Made by a program: the position numbers and the translations under genes. The notes under the pieces were generated by a model that saw nothing but the letters and a program-made list of their open reading frames with translations, searched no databases and was not told the origin of the DNA. This document shows positions 19,065-28,128 of a stretch of DNA of 58,039 nucleotides, piece after piece (within the stretch, counting starts at the first letter, position 1; each line of letters starts with the position of its first letter). The DNA comes from a virus (Duplodnaviria; Caudoviricetes): the IMG/VR virus record IMGVR_UViG_3300032326_000244, positions 1 to 58,039 of that record. The stretch is one strand, 5' to 3'.

Positions 19065-20275
19065 TAGCTACGTGCTTCTTCTTCGTAATAAGCATGAGCA
19101 CCCCATGGTGGAACAATGCTGGTAGTACCGTGGATAATGAACACTGTATCGCAGTAGTTCTCATCACCCCACGAATCCCAAGGATACCCATCCGTAAACA
19201 TGATAAACTTCTTAGGGTTAATGTCATGTTGCTTCATGTATTCCCAGTTAGCCATAAAGTCAGTACCACCGCCGCCCATGGGCTCGTATTCAGTAATATC
19301 GTTACCACCGTAACTGTCGAAGTCTTGCTCGTTATAGACCTTAGTATCGAAACACCACACTTTAATATTGTAGTCTTTGTACTCGTCCATAATACCTTTG
19401 ATTTCAGTTAAGAAGTCTTTGGCTTGAGCATCGCTAATGCTACCACTCATATCAATACTAATACAAATATCGATAGTTTCGTCAAAGTTCATACCTGGCA
19501 GGATAGCACCGGTATGCCACGCCTTGCGGCTAGGACGACTAAAGGTGTAGTCATGCTTAATTGTGCTTTGAATTTGCTGACGCAAAATTTGACGCCAGTT
19601 CATTTTAGGCTCAGTCAACTCGCGGATCATGCGCTGAATTTCAGCAGGAGTATTGCCTGCTCCAGCAGTCTGCGCCGCGGTGATAGTAGCTTCGCGGATT
19701 TCATCGCGAATTTGTTTCAGTTCTTCTTTACTGTATTGTGGTCGACCCTTGCCGCTACCTGGCTGATTGCCGCTACCGTTTCCGTCACCTTCTTGCCAAT
19801 CGATGTGCTCGTCTAGCAACTGACCCAATGCCTGTAAGGCCTGGTCGTCCATGTCTTCGTAAATTTCGTCATAGACCTGTTCAGCACTCTTACCGTAGTG
19901 CTTTGGATCATGAAAGATCTTAATACCTTTTGGTTGGTCACCGATGCGGTCACGCACTAACTGTCCGTTAGTGACATAGTCAATGGCGGCATTCCAAATT
20001 TGTTTATTTCTGCCGTCAGTGCGGCTAATGTGATCAAACACATTATGTAAGATTTCGTGTGCTACGACAAACTCAACTTCTTTAGGAGTGAGTTTTTCAA
20101 AGAAAGGACGACTGTAGTACAGATGGCGGCCATCAGTGGCTGCAGTATTACACCATTCGCTAGCGTCTACGATTTTCAATCGTGTTGCCATGTTTCCAAA
20201 GAATGGATGACGAAGTAGCAGACCAATTCGTGCTACAATAATTTTGTCAACAACTGGGTCCAAATGATGCGACAT
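19064..20275 (-). CDS. metallopeptidase-like (HEXXH) + VWA domain protein (DUF2201-like)
   Basis: TAATDG, AHEILH; MIDAS DMSGS, GGGGTDF, MFTDG. Confidence 0.88.
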   Translation of the reverse strand: MSHHLDPVVDKIIVARIGLLLRHPFFGNMATRLKIVDASEWCNTAATDGRHLYYSRPFFEKLTPKEVEFVVAHEILHNVFDHISRTDGRNKQIWNAAIDYVTNGQLVRDRIGDQPKGIKIFHDPKHYGKSAEQVYDEIYEDMDDQALQALGQLLDEHIDWQEGDGNGSGNQPGSGKGRPQYSKEELKQIRDEIREATITAAQTAGAGNTPAEIQRMIRELTEPKMNWRQILRQQIQSTIKHDYTFSRPSRKAWHTGAILPGMNFDETIDICISIDMSGSISDAQAKDFLTEIKGIMDEYKDYNIKVWCFDTKVYNEQDFDSYGGNDITEYEPMGGGGTDFMANWEYMKQHDINPKKFIMFTDGYPWDSWGDENYCDTVFIIHGTTSIVPPWGAHAYYEEEARS

Positions 20276-20304
20276 ATATGCTCCTAATATTTGCTATAGT
20301 ATAT

Positions 20305-20333
20305 AGTATAACACCGCCCAGGGGCGGTGTCAA
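20305..20333 (-). promoter_or_regulatory. sigma70-type promoter with palindromic spacer
   Basis: TTGACA-17 nt-TATACT; inverted repeat ACACCGCCC-AG-GGGCGGTGT at 20311-20330. Confidence 0.7.
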
Positions 20334-20347
20334 TCTATTTGATTTGC

Positions 20348-21439
20348 TTATCGCTTGTCTGTAGCGGCCGCAATGTACTTACCAAACTTAGCATGGAAAT
20401 CATCGAAACAGGCAATCTCATCAGGATCCAAAGGCAGTTGATATTGAGTCAATGCCAGTTTAGTACCCATAACAACCAATTCAGTTTCAAAATTATCCAT
20501 CATAAACTGGAAGAAACAGTTAACTTTGTCGTTAAACGCCTTGTCGTTCTTGTCGCTAGCGTCCTTCAATTCGTAGCACAGGCTAACAGTTAAAGAGTAC
20601 ATGGCACTAATTTCTTTAGTGTCCATCTTCTTAACTTTGCCATTCAGAATAGCAGTAGGATCGGGCAGTTTAGAAGCAATCTTACGATGTGCCATAAACT
20701 TAATAGCCAAACCTTCACCGACCGCACCCGACACCAAGTCAGTCAAAGTGCCTTCATCTTCGTCGTCATCGAACAACAGTTCAGAAACAAAGCTCCAGCT
20801 ACGTGGAGTAGCAAACGCCTTTGAGCTAGATTTAGGATCGAAGTCGTACAAGTCCTTCTTGCTAAAGGTTAAGAAGCCTACTACGTCTTTGTGAATACGA
20901 TTTTCAGTAGCCCAACCGAAGTAGTCATCCCAGCTTACAGCCATTTCCAAGTGTACGAAACGGTTAGCCAACGGAGCAGGCATACGATATGTAACGCCTT
21001 TGTCTGCCTCACGGTTACCGGCGGCAACGATAAACACATTGTCGGGAAGTTTGTAAGTACCAACACGGCGGTTTAGCACCAACTGATAGGCCGCTGCCTG
21101 TACAGCAGGTGCTGCACTGTTCATTTCGTCCATGAACAATACAATGTTCTTATGCTTGGCAGCTTCAATTTCATCAGGCAACTCAATAGGAGGAGCCCAA
21201 GCCATGCGGCTAGTATTAGCATCGAAATACGGAATACCTTTAATGTCGGTAGGTTCCCACAAGCTCAAACGAATGTCGATAACATGAGCTTCGAGTTCTT
21301 CGCCCAGCTGTTTAACAATATCTGACTTACCAATTCCGGGAGGACCCCAGAGGAACACGGGACGCTGTGCTTTAAAAGCACGGCGAAGGGACTTTTTAGC
21401 GGCTTTAGGGCCAACGGTGCGTGAAACAATCTCGCTCAT
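20348..21439 (-). CDS. MoxR-like AAA+ ATPase
   Basis: Walker A GPPGIGKS, Walker B LFMDE, AAGNR, PLANRF, TPRSW. Confidence 0.9.
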   Translation of the reverse strand: MSEIVSRTVGPKAAKKSLRRAFKAQRPVFLWGPPGIGKSDIVKQLGEELEAHVIDIRLSLWEPTDIKGIPYFDANTSRMAWAPPIELPDEIEAAKHKNIVLFMDEMNSAAPAVQAAAYQLVLNRRVGTYKLPDNVFIVAAGNREADKGVTYRMPAPLANRFVHLEMAVSWDDYFGWATENRIHKDVVGFLTFSKKDLYDFDPKSSSKAFATPRSWSFVSELLFDDDEDEGTLTDLVSGAVGEGLAIKFMAHRKIASKLPDPTAILNGKVKKMDTKEISAMYSLTVSLCYELKDASDKNDKAFNDKVNCFFQFMMDNFETELVVMGTKLALTQYQLPLDPDEIACFDDFHAKFGKYIAAATDKR

Positions 21440-21488
21440 ATCATCTCCAGGGTTAAAAAAACGTTGTAAACTAAGTGTCTATGTGACT

Positions 21489-21517
21489 ATTATAAGCGAT
21501 ATTTGTGTCTACGTCAA
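21489..21517 (-). promoter_or_regulatory. sigma70-type promoter
   Basis: TTGACG-17 nt-TATAAT upstream of the AAA gene. Confidence 0.7.
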
Positions 21518-21524
21518 CTGATTT

Positions 21525-21932
21525 CTAACCTTTTCCTTCGTTTTGAGCATCCTTTTTACGAGCATTCATGGCTTTGACAAGCCCATATTTTCGAATATCG
21601 TCTGAAAACATGTAGAGCTCAAAAGCCTTTTTTTCCGAAAAAACAGTTAAACTTTGCCCTGTTAAAAAATAAGGGCAGTCCAAATAGTTGTCAAAGAATA
21701 TAATTGTTTGGGGACTAAGTTCAATCTTATCTGTAAATGGAACTTCAAATTCTTCCAATTTAAGTTCACCGATTAAAAATTCATACCCTTCTAGACTTAG
21801 ACGTAATCCTCCGGATTCTTTAGTACGTTTACTTTGCCACCATTTATGTAGATGTAGTTTGACATTGGCTTCGTCTACACTACGCTCCATTGACTTGAGG
21901 AAAATCCTAGTGTAAAGTTCTCGACTAATCAT
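21525..21932 (-). CDS. hypothetical phage protein
   Basis: 135 aa, coupled (ATGA). Confidence 0.7.
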   Translation of the reverse strand: MISRELYTRIFLKSMERSVDEANVKLHLHKWWQSKRTKESGGLRLSLEGYEFLIGELKLEEFEVPFTDKIELSPQTIIFFDNYLDCPYFLTGQSLTVFSEKKAFELYMFSDDIRKYGLVKAMNARKKDAQNEGKG

Positions 21933-22801
21933 AGACGATCTTTTATTTTTTCAAATACACTTTCGGCAAATTTTCTATGTGAAATTTTACCAAGATGTGA
22001 ACCATCCCTAGCTAAATCATGTCGTTCGAACGGTAAATTTAAGTTATTAAAACTCGATAATCTATTACATAGTGTTTGTATTGTATGAGAGGTATCAGCA
22101 CCCACACGGTCGTCCTGGTTTACTGACTGATTTTCTACTCCAATATGATAATATATTTTAGATTTTTTTAATTCAGCAAGGGTATCTATTAATCGTAAAT
22201 TTTTATAACTTTCGTAGGCAGCATAATTTTCGTTTAATAACATAGATTCTGCTCTAGATAAATTTCTTATTATAGCGTGACCGTATTCTTTACTATTTGA
22301 AGACATGTGACTTAGTTTATAATCTATAACTTTATCATTTAACACAATATGTCTTCTGAACATACTTGGAATTGAAAAAAATATTAATTTTGGATTTAGC
22401 TTATGTATGAATTTTTCTAATATAATGGCTTGTCTATCTATGCTTGATCCGGGTATTGCTAAATTCCAAAACGGAATCTTTTTACCTGTATGATCTTTAA
22501 TTTTTTCTAGTAATATCTTTGACCACACATCTTGAAGTTCTAAACTGACCCCCATTGTATGACTACATCCTAAGAATAATATAGGTAGTTCACTAGTGGT
22601 TGTAAATTCATCGCATCGAAATCCTTGATTATTAAACTTATAATTGTATGTTTTTAATCGCTCTAGTGCTATCTCGGGTTGTTCTTTTAAAATATCCTTC
22701 GACCAGCTACGCGGATCGTCGGTAGCACAATAGGAGCCCTCGTAATTTGGTGTATGAAACGTAGCCTCGGCGAGATCTATGATTTTATTTACTTCGCTCA
22801 T
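21929..22801 (-). CDS. SGNH/GDSL hydrolase-like protein (tandem copy 2)
   Basis: FLGCSHTMG (block I), NLAIPGSS (block II), RDGSHLG (DxxH). Confidence 0.7.
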   Translation of the reverse strand: MSEVNKIIDLAEATFHTPNYEGSYCATDDPRSWSKDILKEQPEIALERLKTYNYKFNNQGFRCDEFTTTSELPILFLGCSHTMGVSLELQDVWSKILLEKIKDHTGKKIPFWNLAIPGSSIDRQAIILEKFIHKLNPKLIFFSIPSMFRRHIVLNDKVIDYKLSHMSSNSKEYGHAIIRNLSRAESMLLNENYAAYESYKNLRLIDTLAELKKSKIYYHIGVENQSVNQDDRVGADTSHTIQTLCNRLSSFNNLNLPFERHDLARDGSHLGKISHRKFAESVFEKIKDRL

Positions 22802-23724
22802 TTACTAATCTCTCCAGTCGGTAATGTGCCTACTATTTTTTCAAACACATTTTCAGCAAATTCTCTGTGTGAAAATACACCAAGATGCGAACCGTCCCTT
22901 GCTACATCACGCCCTTCAAATTGAACGCCTAAATTATTAAAACTCGATAATCTATCACACATTGTTTGTATCAGACTCCAATCTGGCGTTTGAGAATCGT
23001 CGACTTGACGTCGCTCGGACCAGTTGTTTTCTTGATTCTCTATTCCAATATGATAATATATTTTAGATTTTTTTAATTTAGCAAGTGTGTCTATTAATCG
23101 TAAACTTTTATAACTCTCGTAAGCAGCATAATTTTCGTTTAATAATACATATTCTGCGTTAAATAAATGTCTTATTACACGTTCACCGTAGTCTCCGGCA
23201 TTCATTCTGGTCGGTCTGTAATCTACAACTCTATCAGTTAAAGCAATGTGTCTCCTGAACATACTTGGAATTAAAAAAAATATTAATTTTGGATTGAGTG
23301 TATGTATGTATTTTTTTAAAACTGTGGCCTGTCTGTCTATACTTGACCCGCCAATACTTAAATTCCAAAACGGAATCTGTTTACCAGTATGATCTTTAAT
23401 TTTTTCTAGTAATACCTTTGACCATACATCTTGAAGTTCTAATCCAACTCCCATGGTATGACTACATCCTAAGAATAATATAGGTAGTTCACTTGTGGTT
23501 GTAAATTCATCGCATCGAAATCCGTGACTATTGAACTTATAATTGTATGTTTTTTTCCGTAATTCGAGTAATTGGGGATTTTGTTTTAAATTATGGGTTG
23601 ACCATAATTCTGGATCGTCTGTGGCACAATACTCATGCTCAGAATTCGGCGGATAAAGTGAACCCTCGGCAATATCTAAGATTCTATTCAATTCGCTCAT
23701 CTAATAATCTCTCCAGTCGTTAAT
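22793..23724. repeat. 33-bp near-identical direct repeats marking the tandem duplication junction
   Basis: 22793-22825 vs 23692-23724 (minus strand ATTACCGACTGGAGAGATTAGTAAATGAGCGAA vs ATTAACGACTGGAGAGATTATTAGATGAGCGAA), 3 mismatches. Confidence 0.85.
22798..23700 (-). CDS. SGNH/GDSL hydrolase-like protein (tandem copy 1)
   Basis: FLGCSHTMG, NLSIGGSS, RDGSHLG; long near-identical stretches with 21929-22801. Confidence 0.7.
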   Translation of the reverse strand: MSELNRILDIAEGSLYPPNSEHEYCATDDPELWSTHNLKQNPQLLELRKKTYNYKFNSHGFRCDEFTTTSELPILFLGCSHTMGVGLELQDVWSKVLLEKIKDHTGKQIPFWNLSIGGSSIDRQATVLKKYIHTLNPKLIFFLIPSMFRRHIALTDRVVDYRPTRMNAGDYGERVIRHLFNAEYVLLNENYAAYESYKSLRLIDTLAKLKKSKIYYHIGIENQENNWSERRQVDDSQTPDWSLIQTMCDRLSSFNNLGVQFEGRDVARDGSHLGVFSHREFAENVFEKIVGTLPTGEISK

Positions 23725-23981
23725 CTAACCACTTGAAAATCACTACAATCGAATGTTTGATTTAGTTTTTTTGCTAGATTAATAGCATGACCTGGATTGC
23801 TAAATGATACTTTTTTATATTTAGGACCTGGATAAGAAGTGAGGCTGTTAAAGCTCTTTAAATTGAAAGGTTCATTCTTGTAAAATACTGCCCAAATAGC
23901 ATCAGACTCTAAAACTTGTTCAGTTTTATAGTTCTTTTTATTTGTGTATTCTAAAAGTACCTTGGGCTTGGGTCTACTCAT
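23697..23981 (-). CDS. conserved hypothetical phage protein
   Basis: Start reassigned to 23981 (MSRPKPKVLLE), SD AAGGA; GATAAATA box at 24008-24015. Confidence 0.75.
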   Translation of the reverse strand: MSRPKPKVLLEYTNKKNYKTEQVLESDAIWAVFYKNEPFNLKSFNSLTSYPGPKYKKVSFSNPGHAINLAKKLNQTFDCSDFQVVRLTTGEIIR

Positions 23982-24017
23982 ATATGCGTCCTTAATATAT
24001 ACGCATATATTTATCAT

Positions 24018-24260
24018 TCAAGTAGTAGAAAACCCGCCGCCATCCATTTTGATAGTTACTTCGCTACCTTGCGACTGTGCCAATTTGCTTAACAATTCGT
24101 CTTGGTCCTCTAGCAATTTGGCAGTTATTTCACCTAGACTATAAGCCAGCATCTTCGCTGACTTAATGTCTATTTTTATTTCTTTTTGCTGTGCTAATTC
24201 AGCACTTTTTACCTGTTGAATAAACTGCTGAATAGGCAGTGTGTTAATTGGATTTGACAT
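24018..24260 (-). CDS. hypothetical phage protein
   Basis: 80 aa in operon, ends DGGGF. Confidence 0.7.
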   Translation of the reverse strand: MSNPINTLPIQQFIQQVKSAELAQQKEIKIDIKSAKMLAYSLGEITAKLLEDQDELLSKLAQSQGSEVTIKMDGGGFSTT

Positions 24261-24723
24261 TACTTAATACCTGTTTCATCTCGAATTCTGTTTTAAACGG
24301 TCCGCGATTTTCGTAGCGTTCAATTGTAATTAGCTTAGGGCAGAAACTTTTAACCCAGCCTTTATCAAATCGAATAATGTAGTAGCCGGCACAATACAAA
24401 CTCTTACTAGCTTCAGATTTTGTAAATAACGGCAGTCTTTTTTGTACATTGTACATGGGATTACACGGATTACAACTTGTCGGATATCCATGTACATCTT
24501 TGCTGTCATCTTGGCTAATAGTGGTTGTAATCTTACGACTAAAGAAATCTTTGCCAAATGCTTTAATAAGCTCTTCTTTTTTACCGAAGAAACTGCTACC
24601 GTCTTTGCTACTCAACATATATTTGTTATTTTCTTTCTTATGTAATGTACCTATTTTTTCCCCGTCTTGTTCTACAATCCAAAACTTGCCATCTACAATG
24701 GGCTTGGCGTGAATTTCTGTCAT
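24244..24723 (-). CDS. hypothetical phage protein
   Basis: 159 aa, coupled to the nuclease gene. Confidence 0.75.
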   Translation of the reverse strand: MTEIHAKPIVDGKFWIVEQDGEKIGTLHKKENNKYMLSSKDGSSFFGKKEELIKAFGKDFFSRKITTTISQDDSKDVHGYPTSCNPCNPMYNVQKRLPLFTKSEASKSLYCAGYYIIRFDKGWVKSFCPKLITIERYENRGPFKTEFEMKQVLSNVKSN

Positions 24724-25685
24724 TTTGTATATCTCGCTTGAAATGGCTCAGCATACTGCTGAATACTGTCAATCATACGTTTCATATCGTATAGTTGGCA
24801 AAATTTTAATAGTCTAATACCTACTTGATCAACTGTCTTAGGTACAGCATTAGTTGTAATTGTTTCTTTAATAAAAGACTTGATGTCTTCGGGCTGTGCT
24901 TTAAGGTCAATTAGCTGACGATTACGGTTGTAGTCATCAAGCACACGATGTTCGACTCCTGTATGGTCAACCCAACGCTGCAGCATCATATTGTTCCACG
25001 CGAACCCCTTGTTACTGCGATCCTTAAATGCTTCTTCTAATTTATTTTTACGAACCTTAGGGTATGCGCTAAAGACATTATCGCTACTATCTCCACGCAT
25101 ACACTTCTCGAACAAGATCCATTCGGGATTAGGAATGTCTTTAGGCAAGCCAGTCTTAGTGTCCTTAACCATTTTGCCTTTCTTGTCAAAGATACCTTCA
25201 TGTGTAGTGAGTGTTTCTGCCACACCATTATATTGTTTGACATTAGGAGCGATGAGCTGATGAAAATCGCTGTCTGTCGAAATAATCACGTGGCTATCAT
25301 CGGGGTGTGATTCTATGAATCCAGCAATTAAGTCGTCAGCTTCTAGTTGACTATGTTGTAACACAGTACAATTAGTCTTTTCAGAGATGAACTTTTTAAA
25401 CTCATCAAATGCTTCCCAGAACAGTTTATCTTCTTCAGCTTCTTTAACAGTCATGGCAGCACGAGTTTCGGCGCGATTAGCCTTGTAGGGCTTGTAGTAG
25501 TCTTTACGCCACGAGCGACCTTCGAGGCAGAACACAACATGCTTCCCTTCAAAGTCGTTCCACGCCTTCTTGATACTGTTAAATGTAATATGGAATGCCA
25601 TGCCTACTTTAATATCGGCATCGCCGCGAATAACGTGTCGAGCACGAAAGAATGTGTTAGCAGTATCAACTAAAATATATGTCAT
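24720..25685 (-). CDS. rnh: 5'-3' exonuclease / T4 RNase H-like flap endonuclease
   Basis: ILVD, SWRKDYYKPYKANR, LEADDLI, IISTDSDFHQL, GDSSDNV, NRQLIDL. Confidence 0.88.
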   Translation of the reverse strand: MTYILVDTANTFFRARHVIRGDADIKVGMAFHITFNSIKKAWNDFEGKHVVFCLEGRSWRKDYYKPYKANRAETRAAMTVKEAEEDKLFWEAFDEFKKFISEKTNCTVLQHSQLEADDLIAGFIESHPDDSHVIISTDSDFHQLIAPNVKQYNGVAETLTTHEGIFDKKGKMVKDTKTGLPKDIPNPEWILFEKCMRGDSSDNVFSAYPKVRKNKLEEAFKDRSNKGFAWNNMMLQRWVDHTGVEHRVLDDYNRNRQLIDLKAQPEDIKSFIKETITTNAVPKTVDQVGIRLLKFCQLYDMKRMIDSIQQYAEPFQARYTK

Positions 25686-26152
25686 GAAACCTCAGACTTG
25701 CCTTTGGCAATTGGAACAACGTTAATATAGCCTGCGCCCCTTCCAGGGTCTAGACCTTCCTCATTAAGCATGTTTCTGACAATGTCTCTAAACCATCTAT
25801 CGACAATTTCTTCAGGCAGATCACCATCAAATCCATATCCAGCTTGTTTCAATTGTAACACAAATTCGTCATTCCAGTCAAGCTCAAAGAAGCCATTTCT
25901 GATATTATCTTTGTTAACGTGTGTATCCAATACACTTACCCAAGGCTCGCCTCGAGCAGTTGCCCGCTCTTTTGGAGTCATCTTGGCAGTAGCTTCTGCC
26001 TTTTGAGCTGCTTCGGCTGCGTCGAGTGCGGCTTTGGCAATCTTAGCAGAATCTTCTGCGGCCTTCAATGACGCTTCTGCTTCTTCTCTGGCTTTAGCTT
26101 TAATTTTATCGATGCCAGTAAAGCGTTCGATTAAGTTTGTTATTTTCCCCAT
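25682..26152 (-). CDS. conserved hypothetical phage protein
   Basis: N-terminal Ala/Glu coiled coil, then GEPWV...NGFFELDWN; start 26152 or 26164. Confidence 0.7.
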   Translation of the reverse strand: MGKITNLIERFTGIDKIKAKAREEAEASLKAAEDSAKIAKAALDAAEAAQKAEATAKMTPKERATARGEPWVSVLDTHVNKDNIRNGFFELDWNDEFVLQLKQAGYGFDGDLPEEIVDRWFRDIVRNMLNEEGLDPGRGAGYINVVPIAKGKSEVS

Positions 26153-27000
26153 CCGTTCCCCCATAAGTCTACGTGAAGTCTTGGGCTATAGTAATAGCCT
26201 CTTTTTAATGCTTCGTCGGCAATGTGTATACGATTACCATCATAAACACTAACAACACCGCCAACTGGCATAACATAAACTGGTCCGGCAAACCCAGCAT
26301 CTCGATATGCCTTTACAGCCTGATCAACTTCGTCAAATTGTTCTAATTGATCTACTACAAATTTCAAATATACAAAACCGTAATCTTGATAACTAACGAC
26401 AACATCAGGTTTAACAGCATCATTCCATTTTTCACCACTAGCGCTTAACTTAGGACTTACACTAAATGTAATCTCTCTGTGTGAGAAATACCAGTCGTCT
26501 AAGAATGTCTTAAATTCGTCATGTAATAGCTGAGTACCATTTGTTTCAAATGTTAGATTTTTTAAATCTTGCATTTTTGTATGATTTAACAATGCCGGAT
26601 ATAGTTGTTGCCAGCCTAGCAATGGTTCGCCGCCTGTAATAACAAGATGTACATCGTTGCCGTTACTTTGAATCCAACTATTTTTATTAGGTGTTAAATC
26701 TAATAGTTTAGCTACAATCTCGTCAATGGTGTAATAGGGACTTAGTTCTTTAAATGCCGGATGCCAACTAGCATAGCTATCACAACCTGTGTTTACAAGT
26801 GGCAATTCTTCAAATGTTTTATAAAGATGAACACTATTAGCGATAGGTTCTACTTCATTAGTTAGTTCGCCTTTAGGCATGCCAAATCCGGCACATTTAA
26901 AATTACAACCGAATGTTCTTAAAAATACACTAGGCACACCGATAAATCTACCTTCACCTTGTGCCGAGTAAAATACCTCACTGATTTTTATCTTGTCCAT
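26140..27000 (-). CDS. queE: 7-carboxy-7-deazaguanine synthase (radical SAM)
   Basis: ISEVFYSAQGEGRFIGVPSVFLRTFGCNFKC...CDS, VITGGEP, FETNGT, SVSPKL, SPRLH; start at ATG 27000. Confidence 0.9.
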   Translation of the reverse strand: MDKIKISEVFYSAQGEGRFIGVPSVFLRTFGCNFKCAGFGMPKGELTNEVEPIANSVHLYKTFEELPLVNTGCDSYASWHPAFKELSPYYTIDEIVAKLLDLTPNKNSWIQSNGNDVHLVITGGEPLLGWQQLYPALLNHTKMQDLKNLTFETNGTQLLHDEFKTFLDDWYFSHREITFSVSPKLSASGEKWNDAVKPDVVVSYQDYGFVYLKFVVDQLEQFDEVDQAVKAYRDAGFAGPVYVMPVGGVVSVYDGNRIHIADEALKRGYYYSPRLHVDLWGNGWGK

Positions 27001-27229
27001 TTTCTTTCTCTTTCTTAAACTCTTCATACGCAGTTGAGATGCTATCCCAAACTGCCCATTTAAACAACCAAGACAACAAGGATGTTAAACCCAATACTAG
27101 CAACAAAGCACCGATAATTCCAGGTAGTAGAAATCCTATGATAACAGAAGTCATAGCAATGACATAAACCTTTTGCCAAGGTTTCCATTTGCTCCATTGC
27201 CATACAATAAAATTGTAAACGTCTTTCAA
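26978..27229 (-). CDS. small membrane protein
   Basis: Two hydrophobic segments. Confidence 0.65.
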   Translation of the reverse strand: MKDVYNFIVWQWSKWKPWQKVYVIAMTSVIIGFLLPGIIGALLLVLGLTSLLSWLFKWAVWDSISTAYEEFKKEKENGQDKNQ

Positions 27230-27519
27230 TTTTTTAAATTCTCCAGTGTTGCGATTTTGGCAATACGTTCGCCGAAATCTTGATCTTGTGTAATAATATA
27301 TGTAGTAGAATCATTCCTATCACTTCTACGATCATATCGTCTAAACTCTACAACCTTGCCGCCCACAGCTGAATAGACTTTAAAGTTTAATACAGGTTCG
27401 TCGGCAGGCATCGCCTCTTCGGATCTGCTAACTAATCTATTAGATATTTTACTATTGACTTCCTCTAACTCGCGACCTTGGCAAGACCACCGCCACATCA
27501 TTTTTTTAAACCATTTCAT
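27226..27519 (-). CDS. hypothetical phage protein
   Basis: 97 aa, coupled. Confidence 0.7.
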   Translation of the reverse strand: MKWFKKMMWRWSCQGRELEEVNSKISNRLVSRSEEAMPADEPVLNFKVYSAVGGKVVEFRRYDRRSDRNDSTTYIITQDQDFGERIAKIATLENLKN

Positions 27520-28019
27520 TATTGTACCTTTGGAAATTCTGGACTAAAAGGCCAAGATGTATTTGGATCAGGCCTTGGTTTTAGTTTAATGTTTTCTTCA
27601 ATTACTGTGCCGTCATCATCGCACAAGTCTATTTGATATGGTGCAATAATATGTACCGCAGTATCTTCTTCCTGCCAATCGTGGTCTCCGTCGAACAACC
27701 ATCCAGCATTACCTTCGTAGTAGGCTTGTCGAATTTCTTCTTGTTCTTCTTCACCGATATCATCGCTAAATTCAATTTCGATATTAATGCTGTCATCGAA
27801 CTCGCAACCCCAGCCGCAATCTGCTCGAGCATAGGCAACATCGTCGCCCTCCCAAGGAAGATTACAATCTAAGTCGCTTTCTATAAAGCCTTGCCCCCAA
27901 CGATATGTTTCGTTGATATTAAACCAACTGATACTACCATCGATGTTTTCACGAAACATTTCTACATGATAGACAATGCTTTTTTTATGTAGTGGTTTAA
28001 TTACATATACTTGACTCAT
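27519..28019 (-). CDS. acidic hypothetical phage protein
   Basis: Start reassigned to 28019 (MSQVYVIKP), SD AAGGA. Confidence 0.7.
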   Translation of the reverse strand: MSQVYVIKPLHKKSIVYHVEMFRENIDGSISWFNINETYRWGQGFIESDLDCNLPWEGDDVAYARADCGWGCEFDDSINIEIEFSDDIGEEEQEEIRQAYYEGNAGWLFDGDHDWQEEDTAVHIIAPYQIDLCDDDGTVIEENIKLKPRPDPNTSWPFSPEFPKVQ

Positions 28020-28128
28020 AATATTCCTTAATGTAGTACTTCGAAGCAGGATATTGTTGTTGTAGCCATTCCAACAATCCGGGTTCAACCGGCAATCGTA
28101 TACTATCAAATTTGTTAGTAATATACAT
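27997..28128 (-). CDS. small 43-aa ORF not in the supplied track
   Basis: ATG overlaps the folE stop (TAATG); MYITNKFDSIRLPVEPGLLEWLQQQYPASKYYIKEYYESSICN fills the gap. Confidence 0.55.
   Translation of the reverse strand: MYITNKFDSIRLPVEPGLLEWLQQQYPASKYYIKEYYESSICN

Noticed and set aside
26140-27000. NrdG (anaerobic RNR activase) assignment
   Set aside because: The QGEG...P.VF.R..GC, SPK and PRLH motifs and the proximity to folE favour QueE; no nrdD is in the window.
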